From Eledone cirrhosa (taxonomy: Eukaryota), in NCBI GenBank assembly GCA_964016885.1, contig OZ024743.1:56482001-56546000 (forward strand): a stretch of DNA of 64,000 nt, read 5' to 3'. Every line of letters begins with the position of its first letter. The first letter of the stretch is position 1. Below the pieces are notes generated by a model. That model ran no database searches. It was given only the letters and a program-made list of their open reading frames with translations, and was not told the origin of the DNA. This document shows, piece after piece, positions 44,423-57,700 of this stretch. Both the position numbers and the translations under genes were made by a program.

Positions 44423-47400
44423 TTACAGACACATACTCAGAGAAGGCCCATTCATTCGGGCCATACTTGCTTCTCTCATCCATCTTACAACAAAATGCTG
44501 GGAAGAGAGCACTTCCCTCTCTACCCTGATTTTCCTTTTCAAATGAAATTTGAAAAAGTTAATCAGGGCATCACCGAAGAGGTAAGTGCTCGTCTTCAGC
44601 CCTTTCAAACGTGTCCACCATACTATCTCTTTCGCCATGGCCACTAGACAGATAAAAACTGCCTGCCCTTCCAGGCTAAAGGAAGGGGGCGGGGCAATCC
44701 TCACGATGGACTCAGCTGATAGCTGGATCCGTCCTACACGTGACAGCAGGTGTTCGACATAAACCCACAAGTCAGCAATGCTCGGACACTGGACGAGTGT
44801 GTGCAGGACGGTTTCGTCGCCCTGCGCGCATCTCGGACATGCCCGGCTGACGGCACCTCCATGCCTGTAGAGTTTATCCCGAACTGGCAAAGCTCCTCGG
44901 TAGCACTGCCAGGCCAGGGATTTCTGGAAGTTGTCCATAGGCCCCGGCCCGAAAGTCCTTCCGAAGAGATTGGCTAGTTGATTTTCGTCGATGCCTAGAG
45001 TTTCTCCAAGTACGTCGTCGCTCTTCCCCTCCACTAATCCCCTATAGAACGCCAAGGTGGAGTTTCCACCGATCACATTGCCCGATTGGTCGAGGGCTGT
45101 GAGCGCCTGAAGACATTCCAGTCTCCAAGCGCTCCCTCTCGGTCTTCGCTTGACCCAGGACTGCAGCTCCGTCAAGGAGACGAGCTGGGGAAAAACGTGT
45201 CTTGCAAACGGCGACCACACCTGATCACCGTCGAGGAAGAGGTGGAGATGTCGTAGCCTGAGCGCGTGTCTGCGCATCATCAGCCACGGCATGCCCAGCC
45301 CTCCACGTAGCGGGTGTTGACAGCAGATGGACCGCCTGACCATCGGAGTGCGTCCCTTCCACAAGAAGCGAAAGAGCAAACGCTCCAGCGCAGTCAGGCG
45401 GGGCTTAGGACAAGGTACGACGGTCAGGCGGTAGTAGATGACGGATGCGATGTACGCATTCGCCACCTCCGCTCGACCTTTCAGGGATAGCTTCCTCTCG
45501 GCCCATTTCTGGGTGAGAGAAGCCACCCTGCTCGTCACCTCGTCCCAGTTTTTGTCCGTCTGGAGGTCTGGACCGAACCAGACCCCTAGCAATTTAACCG
45601 GTCCGTCCGTCCAGCGCCCGACGACGCTGTTGGACGGCATGGACCTGCCTCTCCAGGTGCCGAGCTGCAGGCCCACTGACTTTTCCTGGTTGATCATTGC
45701 TCCTGTCACCGCTTCGTATTCTCTTAGTGTAGTGCCGATCGCCTCGATGTGTTTGGCGTTCGACACCACTACGGTGACATCGTCGGCATATGCTGACACG
45801 GATCTTCCGCATCCTAGTTCGCGCGGGGACCCCCCTCAACGTCTCCAGTTTGTGCAGTAATGGCTCGAGAGTCAATACGTACAATAGGGACGAGAGGGGA
45901 CATCCTTGGCGGACCGAGCGCATGATGTTGAACGGTTCCGAAAGGTGACCGTTCACTCTCACTACAGAGCAGATGTCGCTGTGCATGGCAGTGATCCAGC
46001 CTCTGAAGACGGGCCCAAAGCCAGCCGCCCTCAGGACTGCCGCTAGGTAACGATGGTCGACCCTATCGAAGGCTTTCGACTGATCTAAATTGATCAAAGA
46101 CCCACCCGTGCCAGGTTCCCTAGCTACCCTCTCTACGATGTATCGCATGAGGTGGAGGTTGTCGTGGATGGATCTGTCGGGAATGGCGCATGTCTGTGCC
46201 TCTCCCACCAGACCACCAACGACAAGCGCCAACCTCTTTGCTAGCACCTTGGCCAAAATCTTGAACTCTGTGTTTAGCAGAGTTATGGGCCTAAAATTAT
46301 CTATGTTATCCCCCTTGTTCGGATCCTTTCTCAGCAGCGCCACCGCTCCTCGGCTCACAGAGCTGGGAATTCTCCCGTTCTGTTGCCAGTTGCAGTAGAC
46401 GTCCGCCAAGAGGCCTCCGAACAAGTTTGGCATTTGTACGTAAAGTTCATAGGGCAGACCATCCAAACCAGGCGATTTACCCCTTGTGCAACTAGTCATT
46501 GCATCCCGTACTTCAGCGGTTGTTATCGGCTTTTCGAAACACTCCGCCTCAGTGGCCAAAAGCCGCGGCAGTCCGTCGAGGTAGACACTAAAGTCCATCC
46601 CTCGATCCGGCCCGCCACTGCCTCCGAACAGTTGAGCGAAGTGTCGCTGAAAAGTCACACATTTGCCCGGGATCGAGTAGCATGCGCCCGTCGTGGTCCA
46701 CCAAAGACCGGATCGTGGCTTTGTTGCCACGACGCGCCTCCGCCACTCGGGCCCATTGAACGGCTTTCGTCCCCTCGTGTCTGAGAGCACGCACCCTAGC
46801 TCTGACAACGCAGCCTTCGTGCTTTGCATTGAAGAATTGGTCAAGGGCCAATTTCGCCGCAAGTACGTCGGTCGCGATGCCTTTGCTAAGCGCCTCATCT
46901 AATTTTCTAACTAATTCTCCCTCTGCTCTATTTTTCTCTATTGCTAAAGTCTTACTAAACCTAATGGACTCTATTCTAATTGCTCTTTTCAGAGCAAACC
47001 ACCACTTGTTGTTGACGATGGCCCCCGTCAACGCCCGCTTAACTAGTTCGCTAATCCGGTCTCTGTAGGCCTTGCGCGCTGGTAAGGACGCGTTTAGCTT
47101 CCAGTAGCCGGGTCCTCGTCTATGAAGCCTATCTAAGTCAAGCACACAGATCACGAATTTGTGGTCCGTGTAGCTGACTATCTTGAATTGTGGACAGCCT
47201 ATGCTAGACCTATCTATTTCCCTACAAAATACTCTATCTAGATATGATCTGGATGACCCTATGCGATTTGTCCAAGTCCACATTGGTACATTCGGGAAAT
47301 CCATTCGGTACCTATCAGACAGTTCAAAACGTCTGAGCAGGTTGGTGAGACTCTTGCACCCTCCTTCCCTATCCACTAATCCCACACAATCCCAGCGTGC

Positions 47401-47841
47401 ATCTAAGATCCCGTTCCAGTCGCCCACTAACACTAAAGAGCGGGACGTTCCAAGAAAGGTCTCCAGACGCCGGAAGAAATCAGGCCGCCCTGCTCCTGTC
47501 GGGGCATAGACGGCCACTAACCTGAAAGCTTGCCCGTCTCCGCTGGTCACGTCCAGCACCACCAACTTACCTTCTGGGTCCAGGAAGATGGCCCGTATGG
47601 CAAGATCCAAACCTCTCCGAAAAAGCACAGCAACTCCTCCCCCCGATCCCGGACGGCTGGGAGATGTGTACACATCGTAGCTGCCGAAGATCGGTGCGAA
47701 AGCCTGTGCTTCGGAGATTCTGGTCTCGCTGATGGCCACTACATCTATGTTTAGTGACCTGAGGTCGTTGAGCAGGTGGCCCTGCTTCCATGACGACCCC
47801 AAGCCACGCGCATTTATGCTGCCTATTCTGAGTGAGGTCAT
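44423..47841 (-). pseudogene. Tx1-type ORF2 (APE-RT-CCHC) with two frameshifts
   Basis: SINARGL, ISET, GDWN, TDH, GYWKLN; KSPGLDGL, DQSKAFD, VRQGCPLS; AYADD; CPRC...HTLVQC. Split across ORFs 46588-47841, 45594-46898 and 44423-45799. Confidence 0.9.
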
Positions 47842-47875
47842 GTTGAAAAGGAGTGGAAAAGATGGGAAAGACCAC

Positions 47876-49370
47876 TTACCTTACTTCTCGTAGGGGAAGG
47901 ACGGCTTTTCCATCCTTTTCACTGCTTGTGGCCTCCTCAGGAAGGATGTCCTTATAAATCCTCCTGGAGAGTGCTTGTCGGAAGTCTCCGATGTCTTTGG
48001 GGAATTTTTGTTTTAGTGTCATGTACGTTTTCTGTGTGATGCGAGTGATTTGTATGTGTGGAGGTGGTGTGAATTTTGGGGTTGTTGTGTAGTCTTTTTC
48101 TGTGATGCTGGTGTTGTGTTGGATGTAGTGTAATAATTGCTTGTTGTTCAAATTTAATGCTGTGTAGTGTGTATCGTTTTGGTTGTTTTGTTTTGTTTGC
48201 GTTTGTTGTGGGTTTGTTTCTGTTTCGCATTTTGGTGACTTTTGTGGTGTAGGTGATGGTGGTGTTGGAGTTAATGATGGTGATGGTGTTGGTGTTTGGG
48301 TTGATGGGGTTGGTGATGCTGGTGTGGATGGTGGCATATCTGTCCTAACTTTTTTGTTTCTTAGTTTATTTGTTTCCCTCTGTATTTTGTTTTTGGAGGG
48401 GGAAGGAAGAGAATTTTTTCTTTTTTGGTCCGCTTGGATTAGGAGCTCCATCCCAGATCCGGACTAGTTTTCCTGCTTTTCTTTTGCTATTGCTATTATT
48501 TTCGTGTTGGCTTCGATGCCGGCGAGGACAGCCGCTATTAGCCAGGGAATTTCGATGGCCGGTGGAACGTGGGTCACCCTGATCTTTACGAGTCTCTGGC
48601 CACAATAGCTTGGGACGAGTGTGAAGTCGTCACTTTTTAATGGGGCCATGGAGTGTTCTCTAGCCTCCTCTGGTGTTTCAAAGAACACATCCACGGTTCC
48701 ATACTTTTGCCCACGTCTGATGTGGGTTTTTCTTGCCCACACATGTCCCAAAGCTTTTTGGATTTGGGACTCGGATGCCCGTTCCACTCGGCGCGATTTT
48801 ACATTTATTGTTCTATACGACACGGTGCATAGGCGCCGATGCTCCATTTTATTAGGTGGGGGGGTGAGGCTGACCCTGTACCCATCTTTCTTTACCATTT
48901 GTTTGGCATTTTCTAAATCTTCTTGAGTTACCGTGAACGCTTCGAATTGTTTTGCTATGATGGCGAAACTGAGGGTCGGTTTATAATGTCATTGTTGTTG
49001 TTGTTGCTATCGTTATTTGTGTTAATCTTAATTTTAGTTTCAGTTGTGGTGGTGGTGACGTCAGTCGTCTTTGGTGCGGAAGAGTCCATTTTGCTTGATT
49101 TCATTTCGACATCACGAGTTAATTTATTTTTTTCTTCTTTTGTTTCTGTTGTCGCGGTGGTGGTGGGGGGGGGGGGGAGGCTTTAACACCTGCAGTCATT
49201 GGTAATGGCGGGAAATGAATGTCTGCCTGAGACAAATTTAAAATATTGCTACTGCTTATATTTTTTTTTGTGTTGGCAAACGTAGTAACATTTACAATGG
49301 TGGTGTCGGTGTGAGGTGTTATTTTGTGAGGAAGGCTTTCAGCTGCTTCGTGCAGAGGGGAATTAGCCAT
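47876..49370 (-). pseudogene. Tx1-type ORF1, disrupted
   Basis: Pieces 49119-49370, 48464-48898 and 47876-48451 lie directly upstream of ORF2. The last two are in frame across one TAG. Confidence 0.65.
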
Positions 49371-49628
49371 TTTTTTTCAAAGAAATTTTTGGATAATAAT
49401 AAAAGTTAAAATTTTGGGCACAAGGCCCCAATCTTTTTGGGTGTCCTTTTCGGAAAACAATGTATGTGTGCTTATAAACAGTTAACAATAAAATTTTCCA
49501 TAAATGGCAATTTTTAACAAACGGAAATAACAAACCTTTGCGGAGCTCACGATGATACGATTTACTACGTAGGTCGCCAATAATAATAATAATAATAATA
49601 ATACACTATTAATAATTATTAATTAATG

Positions 49629-49909
49629 CAATCGTGCAATGCCTGTGCGTGACGAATATTTTTAAAGTGAGGAAAGACTGTGCACTGAGCCAATCCCACT
49701 CTCTGAGCGACAGTAGCTATAACCCGAAAAGAAGAAAAGATCAACATCATCAGTAACTACTGAGCCGCAGGTTTTATGTCGGAGTTAACCCAGTTTCCTG
49801 AGATGCCTTCTCCTAGAAGAATGTCCTGACAAGGGCTAGGGGTTCTTCACTCCCAGTGGTTTAACTGCGCGATCGGGCATCCAGCCCGATTATTTCTATG
49901 TCCCCGCGC

Positions 49910-49910
<1 letters not shown>
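49629..49910 (-). mobile_element. RTE 5'-UTR-like segment
   Basis: Near-identical to 60870-61110. Confidence 0.75.
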
Positions 49911-49940
<30 letters not shown>

Positions 49941-49941
49941 T

Positions 49942-49972
<31 letters not shown>

Positions 49973-50173
49973 CATACATATATATATATATATACATACA
50001 TATATATATATATACATACATATATATATATATATACATACATATATATATATATACATACATATATATATATACATACATATATATATATACGTACATA
50101 TATATATATATATACATACATATAAAATAAAGTAAAATAAAATTCAAATGTTTAAAATTTAGCTTCGTTTATT

Positions 50174-50228
50174 ACTGCTATATATATTTCGGTGACAGCC
50201 ATCTTTGGCTGTGACCTCTTCAGGCAGT
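50174..50228 (-). ncRNA. Type I hammerhead ribozyme
   Basis: Exact reverse complement of 50382-50436. Confidence 0.88.
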
Positions 50229-50381
50229 CCGTATTAGTGTGGTATAGACAAGTACATATGTTGTTGAGGTGTATAATTTTGTCAATACTCGGATATGCCC
50301 AGTTCCTGGTTGGGTTGTTATTTCACTGAGGAACTGGAATCATATGATTCCAGTTCCTCAGTCTATACCACACTAATACGG

Positions 50382-50436
50382 ACTGCCTGAAGAGGTCACA
50401 GCCAAAGATGGCTGTCACCGAAATATATATAGCAGT
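50382..50436 (+). ncRNA. Type I hammerhead ribozyme
   Basis: actgc-CTGAAGA-ggtcacagcc-aaagat-ggctgtcacc-GAAA-tatata-TA-gcagt. AUA cleavage after 50431. Confidence 0.88.
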
Positions 50437-50601
50437 AATAAACGAAGCTAAATTTTAAACATTTGACTTTTATTTTACTTTATTTTATATTACTCCGGAG
50501 TAACCAAACCAACCTGCGCACTTCGTCGAGTGCTCCAGCCTGCATACTGAGGTGTTGGTATACAACCAGCATATACACAAAATATATATACACATGTATA
50601 C

Positions 50602-51198
50602 ATGGTGGCTGCCAACTCTTTTTCGAGTACGGCCACTACTTTATATCCATGTAGGAGAACCCCTACCGATGCGCTGAACGAGTGTGGCTTTTTAGTCCAG
50701 CCAGCGACTTGAAAACTCTGGTACAAACACTACACTTGTGACAATTATTGACACATAGTGCTCGGCCCATGGTACCATGTGACGACAAGTGCAGAGAGAT
50801 CTCTAGATATAAAGCAATGCCTGTGCCGTGAAGCTTTTATAGTGAGCAAAGGCACTGAACAAAGCCAGTCCCACTCTCTTAACCAAGATGATATTTACCA
50901 AAAAGAAGAACAAGTCAACATCATTGGATACCATCAGGGTTGCAGATGTTATATCAGAGTTTTCCTTCTCCTAGAATTCTGCCTTGACAAAGGCTAAGGG
51001 GTCATCTCTCCCGGTGATTTTGGATGGGCATTGACTCTTAAGAGCTCCTTTGCCCTTTGACAGGTTTTGTTTTTATTCCTGCAGGATGTCCAAAGTCATC
51101 CTCCTCACCAAGAAACCTTGGTGGGGTTGCCGGTTTAGTCGCCAACGACCCGACCATGGGACAGGTTGTACTGGGATACATGTTACCAGTAGCACCAA
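50602..51198 (-). mobile_element. Non-autonomous RTE-related element, copy 3
   Basis: Near-identical to 22364-22973. Confidence 0.8.
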
Positions 51199-51224
51199 AA
51201 TACATACATATATATATACACATA

Positions 51225-53248
51225 CAGTGGTGTAGCTAGGGTAAACGGCGCCCAGGGCAAGCATCAAAATTGCATACGAATATATTAGCTTCAGCTTGCT
51301 GAACAACCTCTCGTAACTGGCAATTGAAATAGAAATCATCAATATTATTTGAATGATGATTCGCAAATTGGGAAAAACATATTCATCGCCGTATTGTATG
51401 ATTAATTGGAGAAGTGCCTCAGGCTTTAACATTGGGTCAGCTGTCCTAGTAGCCAGCAAAGATCGGCAGTCCAAGATTTCCTCATACAATTGCTCTCTGT
51501 CGATGTCGGAGTTGTATAGTTCCGCAAGACTGTTGCACCTTTGTTTAAGGACAAGGTTATCAGGAGCAGCCAAATAAAACAGATAGTTGACATCAAGAAG
51601 AAAGCCAAAACTTGAGTCGGTTTCCTTAAGTCGAATAAACCGTTCTTCCATTTCTGTTTGAAGACGATTGAGTGAACTTTGCATTGCTCTCTCTATCTCT
51701 TTTCTGGCAGCCACCTCGACGTCCTCAGTAATTTTGGTATTGGTTTGTCGTCTTCCTCGCCTCCTCAGAAAATTGACATTCAATTTCTGGCAGAGGTTGA
51801 AGCCCATTTCAAGAGACTCGGGGATTAAGGATCTTCCTTCTTCTTTAAAATAAAGTTGAATGGCTCCTATATCAGCTGCAGCATCGTGAAAATTCATTCT
51901 TGGATCTTGAAGTCTTTTGAACCCGGTCAATTTGTGAGAGAATCGTGTTCCAGAATCCAATTAAGTTCAGGAATTCATAACTCAGTATCCGATTATGGAA
52001 ATTACTGGCATCACTTCTACTCTCGCATGTCTCTGTTTCATCATCACTAATTTTTTCGAGAACTTGAACAATCAGCGTCAAATAATTCGCCACCGGTCTG
52101 ACTGCGGTACATCTAGCACTCCACTGCGTGTCGGAAGGATATTTAACAACCAGTGGAGCAACTTCTTTAAGGACTTCCCATTGTCGTGTTGAACGAGAAA
52201 AAAAGTTGTATAACGAGTCAATGCAACTGAAAAAGTTCACCATAGCAGAATCGTTTTTGGCTGCATGAAGACCAGCCAGATTAAGTGAATGGTTATCGCA
52301 ATTAACGAAGTGAATCAAATTATTCTTCTCTCTCATTCTCTGCTGAACCCCACTGCGGTGCCCAGCCATTATGGCAGCATTGTCGTAGCACTGCGATCGA
52401 CAGTTCTGCAGTGGTAGGTCATCTTTTTCTAGCTGTTTCACGATTGTTTCAACAAGGTTTGCGGCATCTTTTTTGATTACTTGAATGAATCCAAGAAAAG
52501 ATTCCCTCACAACGACCGTCTTCATATTGAAATCAACATCGACATATCGCACAACGTTTGACAGTTGTTCTCGGTGCGCCTGGTCAGGGGTCGAATCAAT
52601 CAGCAGACCATAGTATCTTGCTTTTTGGATAAGATTTAGTAAAAATTCTGACGAACTGTACTATAGAAGAAAACATTGAACCATTTAAACTGGAGTCAAA
52701 TTGAATTCCTAATAGAAACTATCCAATCCTATCTGGCCATTTGGATTATGATACCTTTTCTATACGTCTTATGTACCAGTTGTAAAAGACAAACTACTCT
52801 GTTTTGTAAACCAGCTTCATAATTATAATTATCTTGTATTGGTCATTGCAATGCATTGCTAAAAATAGCGCCTGCGTGTCCACCAGTTGCACGTCCAAAA
52901 CTACGTTCGTGTGTGTGAGGGGGGGCGGTTTTGTGAGGTCAAGTGAGGTATCCGCTGTTTTGCAATGTATAGCTAAAAATAGCGCCCGCATAATTGCAAC
53001 CCACCCTGCTGTCAGTGTGGGGGAGGTGGGTGCCTTTTTGTAAAGTCAAATCAGACATCTGCTCTGTCTAGTGCACTAGACGTGGCGTGGAAGTCGGCTA
53101 TCAAGAAATCACATGCTTCCTTTTGGCTCATATTTTTAAAAATGATAAAAACGACATGGATGTAAATCGATCTAGGTCGAAATTGCGACCCCCTAAATAT
53201 GGCGCCCGTGGCACGTGCCCTGCTTGCCACACCCTAGCTACGCCACTG
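51225..53248 (-). mobile_element. Internally deleted hAT (Tip100/ZMYM1-like) DNA transposon
   Basis: 18-bp TIRs CAGTGG(T/C)GTAGCTAGGGT; transposase remnants DSTPD, QCYDNAA, CDNHSLNL, DTQWSAR, ERLFSKLKLI at ~51270-52660. Confidence 0.92.
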
Positions 53249-53249
53249 C

Positions 53250-53332
53250 ATACATATATATATATACATATATATATACATATATATGTATGTATACATA
53301 TATATATATATATATATGTATGTATATGTATG

Positions 53333-53364
<32 letters not shown>

Positions 53365-53416
53365 TGTATGTATATGTATATATATATATATATATATACA
53401 TATATGTATGTATATG

Positions 53417-53451
<35 letters not shown>

Positions 53452-53657
53452 ATGTATATATATATATATATATATCTATGTATGTATATGTATGTATATA
53501 TATATATATATATATCTATGTATGTATATGTATGTATATATATATCTATGTATGTATATGTATGTATATATATATATGTATGTATATGTATGTATATATA
53601 TATATATATGTATGTATCTGTATGTATATATTATATATATATATATATATATGCATA

Positions 53658-53695
<38 letters not shown>

Positions 53696-53875
53696 TATAT
53701 ATGTATATACATATATATATATATATATATCATATATATGTATATACATATATATATATATGCATATATATATATATATATATGCATATATATATATATA
53801 TATATCATATATATGTATATACATATATATATATGCATATATATATATATATATGCATATATATAAATATATATA

Positions 53876-53916
<41 letters not shown>
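53250..53916. repeat. Compound (TA)n/(TATG)n microsatellite
   Basis: Read directly from sequence. Confidence 0.95.
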
Positions 53917-53917
<1 letters not shown>

Positions 53918-54601
53918 CATCATCATCATCATCATCATCATCAGGTTTAGCGTCCGTGTTCCACGCTTGCATGGGTTTGGACGGGGGTTTTCCCACTTGA
54001 GGCAAGAGTGGTTGTCTTGCTCGCATAGGACTGTCTGGCGGGTTTTCTACAGTTGGATGCCCTTCCTAACACCAACCACATTTACAGTGTGGGGCTGGGA
54101 GGTTTTTACCGTGTTGCCTACACGGCCACATTACAGCGTGGACTGTCTGGCGGGTTTTCTACAGCTGGATGCCCTTCCTAACACCAACCACATTTACAGT
54201 GTGGGGCTGGGAGGTTTTTACCGTGTTGCCTACACGGCCACATTTACAGCGTGGACTGTGTGTTTTTTGTCGTGACACCTACACGATCTCATTTGTTTCG
54301 GCCTGGATGTTGTGGGACCAACATAACTTTACATTGAAAGGGGCGGTGTGGGTGGGGTGGAGGTGGTGGGACGGGGGGGTGTTTTGATAGAGGTGCCTAC
54401 TGACTGTAGTAGGTTTTTACTTTGTATTTAGGTAAGGCGGGTCTTCTCTATTACTGAGTACCGCCAAAGGTCTCGGTCCAGTGACATTGTCTTGGAGAGG
54501 TGTAAGCGTGTGAGGTCGGAATTTATCAGCTCGTCCCATGTTTTTCTGGGTCTGCCTACTCCGTGGCTACCGTCTATCTTTATTGCCCTGCACTTTGTTA
54601 T
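53917..54601 (-). mobile_element. 3'-terminal copy of RTE E with an internal ~112-bp duplication
   Basis: Matches 54737-55317. The duplication is bounded by ggactgt at 54028, 54140 and 54253. Confidence 0.88.
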
Positions 54602-54736
54602 ACATATATATATATATGCATATATATATATATACATATATATGTATGTATATACATATATATATATATATATATGCATATATATGTATGTATATACATA
54701 TATATATATATATATATATGCATATATATATATATA

Positions 54737-57700
54737 TCATCATCATCATCATCATCATCAGGTTTAGCGTCCGTGTTCCACGCTTGCATGGGTTTGGACG
54801 GGGGTTTTCCCACTTGAGGCAAGAGTGGTTGTCTTGCTCGCATAGGACTGTCTGGCGGGTTTTCTACAGCTGGATGCCCTTCCTAACACCAACCACATTT
54901 ACAGTGTGGGGCTGGGAGGTTTTTACCGTGTTGCCTACACGGCCACATTTACAGCGTGGACTGTGTGTTTTTTTGTCGTGACACCTACACGATCTCATTT
55001 GTTTCGGCCTGGATGTTGTGGGACCAACATAACTTTACATTGAAAGGGGCGGTGTGGATGGGGTGGAGGTGGTGGGACGGGGGGGGGGGGGGGGTATTTT
55101 GATAGAGATGCCTACTGACTATAGTAGGTTTTTACTTTGTATTTAGGTAAGGCGGGTCTTCTCTATTACTGAGTACCGCCAAAGGTCTCGGTCCAGTGAC
55201 ATTGTCTTGGAGAGGTGTAAGCGTGTGAGGTCGGAATTTATCAGCTCGTCCCATGTTTTTCTGGGTCTGCCTACTCCGTGGCTACCGTCTATCTTTATTG
55301 CCCTGCACTTTGTTATACAGCTGTCGTCTTTCATGCGCATCACGTGACCGTACCAACGTAGCCTTCTCTCGAGTAAACAACATCTGATCCCTCTTGTTTC
55401 TAATTTTTTCCTTAGTTCGTTTATGCTTTGCCGTTCACGTATATTACTATTGCACATCCAGCGGAGCATGCAAGCTTCGTTCCTCTCTAGTCTGCGTATA
55501 TCCTCTGCACACAATGCCCAGGTCTCACTGCCATGCAGCATTGCTGTTCGTATGCAGGCATCGTGTAACCTGCCTTTCATTTTTAGGGAGAACCCTCTAG
55601 CGGCTAATAGTGGTATAAGCTCTCTGAACTTTTTCCATCCAGTTCTGACTCTAGCTACTGTACTTTCAGAGCACCCTCCCCCACTGCTGATTTTGTCACC
55701 CAGGTAACGGAAGCTGTCCACTATTTCTATAGAACCCTCTGCGCAGTTGAAGGAGCTAGTATTTTGTGGGCACTTGCTGCTACTTATTGCACCAGAGCAC
55801 CGGCCACATGTAAAATCTATGTTCTTAGTTAGCTTACCTGTGATCCCACTACATCTTTTATGCACCCATACTTTGCATTTGGGACATAAAATGGAGTTTC
55901 TACCTACGCCTTTCCTACACACTGAGCATGGCCATTTCCCAGATGGGACTGCCGCCTTATTTTCTTTCCTACAAACTAGAACTTTAGTCTTAGCCAGGTT
56001 AATTTTAAGGCCTTTTGATTCTAGGCCGTGCTTCCATGTTTGGAATTTCTTCTCTAGTTCGGTCATTGATTCAGCTATGAGCGTTAGATCATCTGCGTAT
56101 AGGAGTTCCCATGGGCAGCTGGTCTTGAACTCCTCTGTTATAGCCTGAAGGGCAATAATAAATAGTAGGGGGCTAAGAACAGAGCCCTGATGGACACCAA
56201 CTTTTACGCTAAACTCTTCACTATATTCGTTGTTAATTCTAACCTTACTGACTGTTTCTTTATACATGGCTTGTATAGCTCTCACAAGCCATTCGTCAAC
56301 ACCTAGTTTTCTAAGAGACCACCAGATAATGGAACAGGGGACTCTGTCGAAGGCTTTCTCCAAGTCGACGAAAGCTAAGTATAGGGGTTTACTTTTAGCT
56401 AGGTACTTCTCCTGTAGTTGTCGTACAATGAAAAGAGCGTCTGTGGTACTTTTGCCTGACACAAATCCGAACTGCATTTCATCTAGATCAATTCTCTCTC
56501 TGATTAGTTGCGCTATTACTTTTTCCGTGACCTTCATGACCTGGTCGATTAATTTAATGCCTCTATAGTTACTCCTATCTAGGGCATCTCCTTTTCCCTT
56601 ATAGCAGTTAACGATGATGCTGCTACGCCAGCCCTTCGGAACAACCCCATTCTGTACGACTTGGTTAACTATCCGGGTGACCATGGTGTGTCCCACCGAA
56701 CCAGATGCCTTCAGCATCTCAGCAACTATTTCCGAAGGACCAGCCGCCTTACCCGTCTTCATATCTTTGATTGCCTTACTTATTATACTACCTTCAACTA
56801 ACACTGCTGGTCCCTCTATTGGATCGATCTGGGGGAGACTGTCTTTCTCCCATTTGTTCTCCTCATTTAGAAGCCTTTCGTAGTGACACTTCCAAGTAAC
56901 CTTCTTATCAGCGTCGGTGATGGCAAGTATGCCATCATCGTTAAGTACACACTTCTCCCCGACAATATCACGGTTTTCCTTGACACATTGCCTGGCAATC
57001 CTGAACACCTCACGTTTTTGGTCCTCACGTTGTAGAACATGCTTGAACTTTCTTTCCTCTGCTTCCCTTCTTGCGAAGTACACTTGTCTCCTAGCTTCCC
57101 TCCTGGCCACTTGATAGTCTTCTCTACTTCCCCCATCCCGCCATGCTTTCCAAGCCTGCTTTTTGGCCTTAATTGACTCCTCCACCTTACTGTTCCACCA
57201 CCATGTTACTCTCCTCCTACCTACAGGCCTGCTCCAGCCACAGACTTCGTCTGCCGCCGTCAGCAGGTTTGCTCTCAGGAATTCCCACTGTTCCTCTATA
57301 TTATACGACTCTAATTGCTCTTCCTTACTGTCGAAAGCGTCAAGTAATATGCTTTGAAATTTATTTCTGGCTATGGGGTCCTTTAGCGTCCATATTTTTC
57401 TCCTGAGGATAGTCCTCTTCCGCTGTCTAGTACGTCTCGTCCTGACTATGAGGTCGCTAATTATCAGTCTATATTGGGAGGTGAATTCTTCATGGGGGAG
57501 GTATTTAGTGTTAACAACAGACACTCTGTCACGTCTTCTGGTAAGGATATAATCTACCTGGCTTGTGTGTTCCCCCGATCTATAGGTGATCAAGTGATTG
57601 TCTCGTTTTTTGAAGTTAGTGTTACAGATAGTTAAGTTATTTGCGTCGCAGAATTCCAGGATTCTGGAGCCTTCCTCATTTCTAGTACCGAACCCATAGC

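Larger units (their letters stand above)
44191..49578 (-). mobile_element. Full-length Tx1/L1-group LINE with 50-bp TSD
   Basis: ORF1 plus ORF2. The 3' end is AATAAAGAAAA. Identical flanks at 44141-44190 and 49579-49628. Confidence 0.92.
50123..50575. mobile_element. Small fold-back cassette with two divergent hammerheads
   Basis: 127-bp arms 50123-50249/50361-50487 (1 mismatch seen) and a perfect 38-bp palindrome at 50325-50362. Confidence 0.88.

Noticed and set aside
50250-50324. Segment missing from the right arm, considered as an intron
   Set aside because: It can start with GT but ends in TT, and it is bounded by a GT microhomology.
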